A DNA stretch of 61,137 nt, counting the filler. It is 10 parts of 10 records of this genome, joined end to end, with 100 filler letters (N's around TTAATTAATTAA, not from the genome) between each part and the next. Parts side by side here need not be neighbours in the genome. Positions count along the whole stretch, not along the records: positions 36,871 to 42,095 come from SRR31147125_57291; positions 42,196 to 48,278 come from SRR31147125_57303; positions 48,379 to 54,954 come from SRR31147125_57375; 7 more parts are not named here. The stretch is one strand, 5' to 3'. The position numbers were made by a program, and so were the translations under genes. Positions 39,435 through 49,020 of this stretch are shown here, piece after piece. A model generated the notes under the pieces. It saw nothing but the letters and a program-made list of their open reading frames with translations, had not been told where the DNA came from and made no database searches. Every line of letters starts with the position of its first letter. Position 1 is the stretch's first letter.

Positions 39435-42095
39435 ATGATGAATAAGGAATTAAAGTGGAAGTTTTTTCTGGTAGCGATATTGATAATATTATTTGGCCTG
39501 AGTATCTATACAAATGGTCTCAAGCCTGGTATCGACCTGGCGGGTGGTTCGAGTCTACTCTATGAGATAGACACAACCGGCATGGACGAATCGGAGCGTC
39601 GCGGAATAAGCGAAGATATGATCCGCATCCTTCGTAATCGTATCGACCCAAGTAACCAGCTTGGCCTGATCTGGCGTCCTCATGGCGTCGACAAGATCGA
39701 GATACAGGTTCCTCTAGCTACAGAAGAAACTCGCAATCTAATGAAAGCCTATAAGGATAAGATTGCAGAGCTGGAAGCTACCGGCATCAATATGATAGCC
39801 GTTAAGCAGGCCCTGGTTCATCCAGAAGGCAAGTCTCACGAAGAATATATATCCGCCCGAACAGAGCAGTTTGCAGCATTGGCAAACAATGACGTAAATC
39901 GCCAGGCTATTCTGGATAAATTAGCAAAGGTTTATGATGATAAGGAATCTGTAAGTGGCGATCAGACATCAGCATTGGAAGTTCTAGACAGTATAACCAA
40001 GCAGGCAAAAGAAGCATCTGTAAGTACAGACGACTTAAACAATCTTGTTTCTAGCTGGGACACACTTGACGATCCAAATAAAATTTCCCGGGTAAACGAT
40101 TTAGCCAGATCAGATACAGGAGAAATAGATGTTATCCTTGCCGAGCAGTTCCGTAAGTATGTTACAGAACGTAAGAAATTGTCACAATGTCGAGAAAAGC
40201 TGACCGGTGAAGATGGACTGAACCAGCAGGTTGACGATATTCAAAGAGAGCTGGAGAGGTCAAATATTAATGTCGACCGTTTGAAAAGATTTCTAGCAGC
40301 AGAGCCAGCTCGTCGTGCAGAGGAGTTGAAGCTTTTGCGAGAAGCATATCCTAACCAGGCTGACCTGATCAGGGAGATCGAAGCTACTTATGATAAGTAT
40401 ACAGGAAAGAAATTTGCCGGAGCAGCAGGTAAACTGGACGATCCAGAAGACTTAAAGCGTATGCTTCGCGGCAGTGGTGTTTTAGAATTTCGTATTCTAC
40501 CGAATTCCAATTCACCAGATCTTACCGTAAGTGACTATGTTAGTAAATTGGCGGAATACGGACCGGTCAAAGCCAGTACAGACAAATATTTATGGCTAAA
40601 GATTCGTGATCCAAAAGAGTTCAAGGCGATTGCAATCAAAGGTACATATGTAGATGAAGAATACGTTTTGTGTTCAAATAAAAAGGGCGAAATATTAACT
40701 GGCAGCGGAGACGATACCTGGAAGCTTCAAAATGCCAGGCCAAGCCAGGATAATTTTGGCTCTCCTGCAGTAGCATTTGAATTTAATGCAGCAGGAGCCA
40801 ATTTGTTCTATGAGCTTACAAAGAATAACCTTGAGCGTCCACTTTGTATTTTACTGGATAATAAAGCTATTTCAGCACCTAATATAAACAGTGCGATAAG
40901 TAAAAGCGGTATTATTACAAGTTCGTTTACCTACAATGAAGCCGTCGAGCTATCAGATAAGCTTAAGGCAGGTTCACTTCCAGCTCGTCTGAGTGATGAA
41001 CCTATCTCAGAGAATAATGTAGGTCCTACTCTTGGAAAAGATAACCTTGAAGCCGGCTTCAAGGCCGCGGTTATTGGTCTGACAGCAGTTGTCATCTTTA
41101 TGCTGATATACTATACCTTTGCCGGTTTGTTAGCTGATATAGCATTATCCTTGAATATGCTGTTTATAATCGGAGTAATGGCATTTTCAAAGTCAACATT
41201 TACCATGCCTGGAATTGCCGCTCTGATCTTGACGGTTGGTATGGCAGTTGATGCTAACGTTTTGATTTTCGAGCGTGTTCGTGAAGAAATGAAATCCGGC
41301 AGTTCTCTGAAAATAGCAATTAAGAACGGTTATGAAAGAGCGTTCTGGACTATTTTTGATGCTAACCTGACAACGTTTATAGTTGCGTTGATTTTATGGG
41401 TAATGGCTTCAGAAGAAATCAAAGGTTTTGCCCCGGCATTAATGATCGGTATTGTCTGTTCGCTGTTTACGGCATTGTTTGTTACTCGTGCTATATTTGA
41501 CTGGCTTCTGGAATCAGACACGATCCATGACAAGCTGAGCATGATGCATCTTATGGACCATCCAAGTGTCAAATGGCTTAAACTGAAACCAGTCTTCTGG
41601 GTTTGTTCTGCTATTTTGGTGTTGGGCGGCTGGTATATGACAGTAACCCGTACTAACGATTCAAACAGCCTGTACTCAATTGAGTTTACCGGTGGTACCA
41701 GTGCCCAGGTAAGGCTGAATTTTGACAAAGCTAAACAACTGCTGACTGAAGAAGAGCAGCAACAAAGTGCCCAGGATGTGGGCCTTATTCTTCGCGGTAA
41801 GATAGAGCAGATGATAAGTGAAAGTTCTGTTGACCCAGAAATTCAGGCAAGTCGCGTACAGCAGGTAGGTGCAGCGGATAAGTATGAGTATGAAATTATT
41901 ACGACCGCGACTAACCTGGTTACCACAGCTATAACTCCGGGTGAAGGTGACCCTTCATCGTCAGCAGACATTGAAGCCCGCTTCAAAGAAGTTGCAGATG
42001 ATATGGCTGACGACCGTCTGGCGAAATGTAAAATCGAACAGAAGGAAAATGCTTTTGTTCTGTCGACACATCAGACAAGTATCAATGTGGTTAAA
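39435..42095 (+). CDS. secDF: Fused SecD-SecF translocase subunit with a large insertion (3' truncated)
   Basis: GIDLAGG, L.AGSLP, VGPTLG, PGIA..ILT.GMAVDANVLIFER..EE, I.DAN.TT, then SecF IEFTGGT in the same frame. Confidence 0.93.
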
Positions 42096-42195
42096 NNNNN
42101 NNNNNNNNNNNNNNNNNNNNNNNNNNNNNNNNNNNNNNNTTAATTAATTAANNNNNNNNNNNNNNNNNNNNNNNNNNNNNNNNNNNNNNNNNNNN
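42096..42195. other. Artificial contig spacer
   Basis: N44-TTAATTAATTAA-N44. Confidence 0.99.
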
Positions 42196-42567
42196 TTTTT
42201 CCGTATTCACATCAAAAGCGTAAGGTTCCGGCCAAATGCCTCCGCCCGCAATATCCATATCTTTTTGAAAATCGATTAGCTCGGGAAAAATACTATTATA
42301 TGAGTCAACAGATTTGGGTAGTTTTTCCACAAGAGATGCCATGGTTCTGGCCAAAGCGGCGATTTCCAGAGATCTGATCGTCAGATCGGATATTATATTA
42401 TGACCAATTTGTTCTATCTTTTCAGATGATTCGGCAAGCACAAGACTTTTACCTTTACTATTCATGACAAAGACAATGCTGATGGCAAAGGTGAGTGATA
42501 CTAAAACAAGACCAAAGATACCTTTGACTTTTAGACTTCGTGACCACTTGATTGTTGTTGAGTTCAT
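42196..42567 (-). CDS. Cache-domain membrane sensor (chemoreceptor or kinase), N-terminal fragment
   Basis: N-terminal TM segment then IAGGGIWPEPYAFD, a motif typical of dCache sensors. Confidence 0.7.
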
Positions 42568-43134
42568 AATTTTTCCGATAGGTTTGCAGGTGTCCCATTT
42601 CCGGAATAACAAAGAGATGATTCAAAAGACCATTTTCTTCCAACTTGTCGGTGCCTAAGATGACTTGCGCTCAACTTAACCCATCTTTTCGATATGGGTT
42701 TGCAAACCTATGTAATTATTTATTAATTTTTTAAAAATTGCTTTTATGGCACCACACGAGTCTTTACACCTATGATTCATGATAAGCATCTGAATTTAAA
42801 TATTTATATCTTTGCTATCATTGACATAATAATTCCGCTATCCTGACCCATATTTCATTCTTAATTCATGCACACCTTACGGGCGTGAGAAAGTCAATAC
42901 ACTTGAGTCCTGGATTAACAAACTTAGTTTTTACCCTTTCGATTTAAATACACATGCCATGCAGCAAGTCTAACGACAGTAAGCCCCCCAAAGGATGAAG
43001 CGCATGTACAACCTTCACCTTGGAAAAACCTGACCATGCGGTTGCACCAAGCACACCTATTATCCCGATGGGAACATAGTCTTTTGCTGAACGATTACCT
43101 TTTTTATGGGTTGAACTGCTTCTATTGCATAATA

Positions 43135-44715
43135 TTACTTCTTCAGAACCTTTGCGTTTCGTACCATGTCAATAAACTCACCGCGGTAACCGTAGGCATC
43201 CTCCCCTTTGGCACTACTTCCTATCTCAAGAACACTTCCGTAGGATGAACCGAATTGATACGTTGAGTCTCGAAGTAGTAAACCGAACTGAGCCACAGCC
43301 GTTGCAAACCTGAAGTCTCCGGGTGCCTCTTCATAGCTTTTACCTTTATCCTTGACTGGAATTTCAATCAGCTTTGACCTATCACCGTCTGGCTTTTTAT
43401 ATCTCAACTTTACGGTCATCGTTTCACCACTCATTGATGCAACTGATTCGGTTTGAGGTTGTTGATACTTTAGGGGATCAACGTCTGTCGCTTCCTCCAC
43501 GCCGATCTCATGTCCTACAGGTACGATTTGATAAAGGGCTGTGACCGTGTGCCCCGCACCGATCTCTCCGGCATCCTTTGTGTCGTCCTTGAAATCTTCT
43601 ACATTCAATATGCGATTCTCGTAGCCGATCAGTCGATAGGCCTTGACTATTGCAGGGTTGAATTCGACCTGGATCTTTACGTCCTTAGCAATGGTAACTA
43701 GATTGCTGTTTAGCTGATCCACAAAGACTTTCCGTGCTTCTTTGAATGTATCAATGTAAGCATAGTTGCCGTTGCCTTTGTCAGCAATTTTTTCAAGCGT
43801 CGAATCCTTGTAGTTACCCATACCGAATCCTAGCACGGTGAGAAATACACCATCTTTTGCTTTCTCTTCGATCATACGGATCAGATCTCCCTGGTTGGTG
43901 ACACCTACATTGAAGTCGCCGTCTGTAGCCAGAATCACTCGGTTGACACCGCCTTGGATAAAATGGTCTTGAGCGACCTTGTAAGCAAGTTGAATCCCTG
44001 AACCGGCATTGGTAGATCCTCCCGCATTCAAACGATCCAGTGACCCCAGGATATGCTTCTTTGCCCGGTCACTACAGGCAGCAGAATCCAGAATCAGTCC
44101 TGACGCACCGGCATAAACAGCTATGGCTACCCGATCTTCGGGACCAAGCTGGTTGACCAGAAGCTTAAATGCCTGTTTCAGCAACGGTAGCTTGTTCTTA
44201 TTCCTCATGGAACCGGAGACATCGAGTAGGAAGACCAGATTACTCGCTGGACGTTCATTGGGTTCCATCACTTTCCCTTTCAAACCAATCCGTGCAAGAC
44301 GATGTTCCGTGTGCCATGGACAAGATGCGATTTCCACATTAACTGAAAAAGGATCGTTACCTTCTGGTTGGGGATAATCGTAGTTGAAGTAGTTGATCAA
44401 CTCCTCGATTCGAACTGCATCCTTTCGAGGCATTTGTCCATTCGATAGAAATCGACGTACATTCGAATATGATGCAGTGTCCACATCAATAGAGAAGGTA
44501 GACAGGGGCTTATTCTTAACTGTGAAGAACCTATTATCATAAATCCGGTCATAGGCTTCGGTATTGAAATCCGGACTGTATATTGCCTCTGGAGCCGCCA
44601 ATGAGGATGATATCGACATGGGTGCTTTGCTTAACGGAGCTGCGAGTTTTGGGCCGCATGAAAAATTGAAGGCAATTAAACAAATTAGGACAAGATACAT
44701 AAAGATTTGTTTCAT
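43135..44715 (-). CDS. YfbK-like von Willebrand factor A lipoprotein (vWA + DUF3520)
   Basis: Lipobox FSC; STFSIDVDTASY, RIEE.INYF.Y, DVSGSM MIDAS, ILATDGDFNVG, YRLIGYENR, DAGEIGAGH. Confidence 0.92.
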   Translation of the reverse strand: MKQIFMYLVLICLIAFNFSCGPKLAAPLSKAPMSISSSLAAPEAIYSPDFNTEAYDRIYDNRFFTVKNKPLSTFSIDVDTASYSNVRRFLSNGQMPRKDAVRIEELINYFNYDYPQPEGNDPFSVNVEIASCPWHTEHRLARIGLKGKVMEPNERPASNLVFLLDVSGSMRNKNKLPLLKQAFKLLVNQLGPEDRVAIAVYAGASGLILDSAACSDRAKKHILGSLDRLNAGGSTNAGSGIQLAYKVAQDHFIQGGVNRVILATDGDFNVGVTNQGDLIRMIEEKAKDGVFLTVLGFGMGNYKDSTLEKIADKGNGNYAYIDTFKEARKVFVDQLNSNLVTIAKDVKIQVEFNPAIVKAYRLIGYENRILNVEDFKDDTKDAGEIGAGHTVTALYQIVPVGHEIGVEEATDVDPLKYQQPQTESVASMSGETMTVKLRYKKPDGDRSKLIEIPVKDKGKSYEEAPGDFRFATAVAQFGLLLRDSTYQFGSSYGSVLEIGSSAKGEDAYGYRGEFIDMVRNAKVLKK

Positions 44716-45274
44716 AAAAAAGCCTCATTGTTTTTTGGGGTAAAACTTATGAAAAACGGTTGAATAAGCAAAGAAGTATAATGCTGACTTTACTGATAAA
44801 TATGGATGTAAAACTCTGAAATCTAAAATTCTGACTCCATCATTTGAGCCCTGTCGTATTAAATTGTTAGTAGCCCCATTCATTTCGCTAACGAAGATAA
44901 AGTCTTTCCCAAAAGGTGAGATAGGCATGATCAGAATTCTGTCTTGTAATGGTTTGGAGCTAAAAATCGTTTTGAAGCATGAGTTCACCATTGCTTTCGA
45001 TGCGGAGCCACCGGCCAACCCCAATACCACGTCATATATTCGTGATGAGTTTGGAGTTATTCTAAGTCATCCAGACTGCAACCTGGGCGAATTCAACGAA
45101 CAAAAAAACAATGGACTTAGGGTTATTGGTGGAGTGTGGGAAGGGGAGGACAGGGATTAGCAAGAGAGACGTTGAGCAGCTCCATTTAACATTTTAGACC
45201 CATGTTTCCGCGTAGAAACTTTTTATCTCCCAGTCCTCATTTGATGTAGCGGTTAATTGTGAGCGCTGTTAATT

Positions 45275-45423
45275 TCATCCACCTCTGTTTTGTGAGACAG
45301 AGCCTTGTCTGTAGTGCCTGTGGAACCTTGCCCTTCATCACCACGATTTTTGTCTCCACCAGCGTAAGCCAAAGAAGAACAAATGATAAAGAGGACTGTG
45401 ATTAATCCAATAATCTTTTTCAT
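45275..45423 (-). CDS. Small secreted Gly-rich peptide (probable one-base deletion near 45310)
   Basis: GGAGGGAGG RBS; signal peptide ending AYA; mature GGDKNRGDEGQGSTGTT(G)QGSVSQNRGG after restoring one G. Confidence 0.55.
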
Positions 45424-45915
45424 ACCTCCCTCCATAAAATATGATTTGCTTCTTGCGTAGTATCCGCAAGAAAAGATAAATAAACTATCTATATAATTTA
45501 TCAGCAAGTCAACATTTGATTAAAAAAGTCAGACTGTTTTCGAAGGCGGACTGTTTAATTTGTCGTTAATCAAGCTGATGGAGGTATCAAGGTGGGGATG
45601 GCCAATACAATAATGAGGGCAGTAGGTGTTAGCTTTCTGTTGGCATCATGAATTGGCATTGCCGAAAACGTCATAATCTAGCAGCACCAGGTAAGAATAT
45701 TTCAATGGTACCGTTTGTAAGTATAATTACCGCCTTTATTGGGCTCAAGATAATCAAACTCATTTGGCCTGAACTCTCACCTTGGACTCCATGGATAGCC
45801 GTGGGCATTCTTCTCGTTATTGACCCTGGTCATTTTTGAATCTTGCTTGACCTTATCACTTGGTTGCGGAGGCATCTTTTGGGAAAAAGTAAAGATACAG
45901 ACATTTAGAAGCCAG

Positions 45916-46638
45916 CTATCTGAGCGGCAAAAACATCCCCGCCCTCCGAGTATATTCCCGATATTCTTCTCCATACAAATCAATCAGGTCTTTCTCTTCA
46001 TAATAGACGCCAATCACCGTGTATATTGTCATTCCAACAGAAAATATCAGGTGCCCTAACGTCATCAGCGGGGTAGCCCAAAAGACAATCAATGTCCCAA
46101 GCATAATGGGATGTCGGATGTATTTGTAGATGGAGGGAGTTTGAAACGAGGGCGGAGAATATTTTTTATCCCCAAAGTAATGTTCTATTTGTTTGGTGCC
46201 AATGAAGTCGGAAGAGCCGATAAGCGCCATAGAATACACCATCAGGAAACATCCCAATACGAACACCAGATAAACCAGTCCCTTCCCGAATAAACTCTCT
46301 ATGTTCCAGATAGTCATCGGTAATGGTTGCCAGAAGATGATTAGAGCCGCCATTACCACATTGGATGCCATGATGTAGATACTTCTTTCCAGATGCTCGG
46401 GTAAACGTCGGGTAAGCCATTCCTTAAACGGCTTCCGTGCCATCACACTGTGCTGTACTCCGAATACGGCGATGAGAAGGATGTTGATAAATATTGATGC
46501 CCAGGCCGAAACATCGGTGCCAGGATAGTCGATTGATTTTGGTACGGCCACATTCAGGATAAAGCCAGCAAAGTAAAGCATTATCAGACCGAACCATCCG
46601 TTGGCAAAGTACGCCAGGGCATAGGAAAAGGCTTTCAT
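45916..46638 (-). CDS. mddA: Methanethiol S-methyltransferase (MddA/ICMT-like)
   Basis: VPKSID, F.VQHS.MAR..FK, ERS.Y, WQP, F.TP..YK..RHP.M.G, WATP.MT.GHL.F, EE.DL...G..Y..Y. Confidence 0.8.
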   Translation of the reverse strand: MKAFSYALAYFANGWFGLIMLYFAGFILNVAVPKSIDYPGTDVSAWASIFINILLIAVFGVQHSVMARKPFKEWLTRRLPEHLERSIYIMASNVVMAALIIFWQPLPMTIWNIESLFGKGLVYLVFVLGCFLMVYSMALIGSSDFIGTKQIEHYFGDKKYSPPSFQTPSIYKYIRHPIMLGTLIVFWATPLMTLGHLIFSVGMTIYTVIGVYYEEKDLIDLYGEEYREYTRRAGMFLPLR

Positions 46639-46644
46639 GCCATC

Positions 46645-47529
46645 TTACTTCTTTTTCTTCTTTCCACGGTTCTTATTTTTCGATTTTCTAGCTCGCTTTT
46701 TCCTGTTTTTTTGGGTTTGGGCTTTCTTCTTTTGTGATGTCTCTGTCTCTTTGTTGAAACAGGCCCACCAAGACATATTTTTATGGACGTCGCCTAACTT
46801 GTCCGCTTTTACGGTCTGCTCTAAACGTTTAAGAACTTCATCCTGTTCGAGCGTTAAATCATTCTCAAAATCCTTTAAGGCAATTGTGATGGGGTCAATC
46901 AACTCATTCTCATACGCTTGTTTGATAGTATCTATGATATTATCAGGATACAAAGCATGGGCTGAACTAGCTAACATACTCCAGAAATGAGAACCGTCTT
47001 CCGCTTCATTACCAGTGAATAAAGTTTCAAAAAAAGTCAGGGTTTCTTCTCTGGTTGTATAGCCTTTCACTACGGCATAGGTCAGGGCTCGACAAGCTGA
47101 GCTTCTACAAAACTCATCCGCATCTTTTTTCAAAATGAGAGATTTAATATGGTCGATGTTTCCCCCACAAGTATTCAGCAAAAGGTATGGGAGGTCTTCT
47201 GTAATCATATCCCCGAACAACTCACCGGGGAGCTCAGGGGGCAGACTAAAAATGTCCACTATCAACTTATGTGCTTTGCTCTCTTTGAAATTCCCAATCA
47301 ACATCAGGATGTAAATGTGGTCAAATAAATCGGGATTTTCTGTATATTGCTTTGGGTCAGCAAGCATCCCTTCCAGTACCTCTATGAGATACGGGGTAAT
47401 CTCTTCTTTCAGTTCAATAGCATCATCAACCTCTTCCCGTTTGTACTTGCCATCGAAGTTCCTGAAAGCCTCCAGTATCTCTTTAATTCTCTGCTCTTTT
47501 TCTTCCTGGGTCATATCTTTAATTTCCAT
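46645..47529 (-). CDS. DUF1186-family helical protein with Lys-rich tail
   Basis: FGD.ITE.L..LL, ADEF.R..A, MSWWACF, basic C-terminus. Confidence 0.75.
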   Translation of the reverse strand: MEIKDMTQEEKEQRIKEILEAFRNFDGKYKREEVDDAIELKEEITPYLIEVLEGMLADPKQYTENPDLFDHIYILMLIGNFKESKAHKLIVDIFSLPPELPGELFGDMITEDLPYLLLNTCGGNIDHIKSLILKKDADEFCRSSACRALTYAVVKGYTTREETLTFFETLFTGNEAEDGSHFWSMLASSAHALYPDNIIDTIKQAYENELIDPITIALKDFENDLTLEQDEVLKRLEQTVKADKLGDVHKNMSWWACFNKETETSQKKKAQTQKNRKKRARKSKNKNRGKKKKK

Positions 47530-47608
47530 ATGCGGTTCCTTTACTGTGGTTCTCGGATGGACAGATTCGGTTTGCTATGACGTCGGGCATCCACGGCTTT
47601 ACAGCTTC

Positions 47609-47909
47609 TCAACTCGGATACTCTTCAAGGGTTTCTTCCAACAATTCTTGTACGTCATTCAATGCCTGCCTTACTTCATCAGGGGCATCCCCCTGGGTAC
47701 AGATATTTCGGATATTCAGGACAAGCGGGGGCATCAATCGAAGGTTCCGCACCGTCTCCCAACTCATTGCCTCATCAGTTTGGTATATGACCCTTTCCGA
47801 GCCGTCAAAACCAAAATTGTCATACAGTCTGTCTGAATACCTGCCACGCTCCCTGGAGGTCAGAAAGGATGGTCTTGAAAAAGGATGTCTGCTCTGTATG
47901 GAAACTCAT
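47609..47909 (-). CDS. Hypothetical protein of about 100 aa, missed by the ORF track (frameshift near 47824)
   Basis: ATG overlaps the IHF stop (ATGA); MSFHTEQTSFFKTILSDLQGAWQVFRQTV continues after a shift as YDNFGFDGSERVIYQTDEAMSWETVRNL...EEYPS*. Confidence 0.6.
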
Positions 47910-48196
47910 TTGCCACCTCGTTGGTAATCAACCCGCTCTTTTAGCTCTTTTCCGCACTTGAAAAAGGGAAGTTTCTTCGGCGCTATTTGAACCTTCTTAC
48001 CAGTCTTTGGGTTTCTGCCAGTATATGATTTGTGTTCCTTTATATAAAGGGAGCAGAGCCCTCGTATTTCCACCCTGCCTCCATCGGCCAGCTCGTTGGA
48101 TATTTCAGAGAAAAATGTTTCCACAAATACAGCAGATTCAAATTTTGTCAGATTACTCTTTTCTTTAAGTGTCTGTATCAGTTCCATCTTGTTCAA
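47906..48196 (-). CDS. Integration host factor/HU family DNA-binding protein (IHF beta-like)
   Basis: RVEIRG, GRNPKTG..V, PFFK.GKELKERV. Confidence 0.92.
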   Translation of the reverse strand: MNKMELIQTLKEKSNLTKFESAVFVETFFSEISNELADGGRVEIRGLCSLYIKEHKSYTGRNPKTGKKVQIAPKKLPFFKCGKELKERVDYQRGGK

Positions 48197-48278
48197 AGTC
48201 CTGGTCTCCGTTAAAATTATTTGCCAAATACCGAACGCGTATTTTTTTTGTATAAACGGCCATGTCAGGCCACCTGAC

Positions 48279-48378
48279 NNNNNNNNNNNNNNNNNNNNNN
48301 NNNNNNNNNNNNNNNNNNNNNNTTAATTAATTAANNNNNNNNNNNNNNNNNNNNNNNNNNNNNNNNNNNNNNNNNNNN
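48279..48378. other. Artificial contig spacer
   Basis: N44-TTAATTAATTAA-N44. Confidence 0.99.
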
Positions 48379-48839
48379 AAAACCAGCTGAGAAAGAAGAA
48401 GATGAAGTTCCTGGTAGATGGCTAACCGGTATTGTGGAAGTGGACTTGCCGATCACGTACGTCACCACGTTTGATAGATCCACGACGACAGAATCCGACG
48501 GCACAAAACAACAACAGATACAAGTTACAGAACATTGAGGAAACGGAAAGACTGAAACGAGAGATGCTTGAAGGACGAAAGGATTCAGAGTATGTGAGGT
48601 TCCTTGTGTGTGTTTCGCCTGACCCCAGAATGGATGCAAGAAGTGTGGGTGCAGTTGGTGTGAATGAACAACGATGGAGACGTGCGTATGGATAGAATTG
48701 CTGGGATGAATGATTCACGTTCCTAGCAGAAGCGGAACCGATGAAACGTCCCAAAGAAGAGGAGACAAGAGATGCACGAGGTGTAGAACCTGCCACAGAT
48801 GAGCAAACCTTCGATCGATTTAAAAAGCGTTTTCGGTAG
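48379..48839 (+). CDS. Eukaryotic TLS1/C9orf78 (Hep_59) splicing-associated protein, 3' part, three GT-AG introns
   Basis: Spliced product WLTGIVEVDLPITYKLQNIEETERLKREML...PATDEQTFDRFKKRFR* matches the GI.EVDL...K..NI..TE and ATD...F..FKK motifs of this family. Confidence 0.72.
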
Positions 48840-49020
48840 GGCCTGGCAGACTTGTGTACGTCTGAATATGCTGACTGTACCGATGGGGTAGGTTTGATAA
48901 ACGATGACGCATGGGGAGGGATGATGATCTCTTCGTTGCGTTACGAACAAAAGGCCCCTTCCCCTCTTCTCCCCCTCTCCTCCACCAACAAGGCAAACAC
49001 ACTCTCCACACAGTCCGCCC

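Noticed and set aside
44725..45160. Opposing ORFs 44725-45030 and 44864-45160
   Set aside because: No recognisable motif, RBS or family; neither can be supported as a gene.
45255..45267. AATTGTGAGCGCT matching part of the symmetric lac operator
   Set aside because: The second half does not match and there is no vector or LacI context.
45598..45918. Small membrane-protein ORF with an in-frame TGA (DPGHF*ILLDLITW) as possible recoding
   Set aside because: Neighbouring genes use TGA as stop and no SECIS-like hairpin is evident; more likely a decayed gene or an error.
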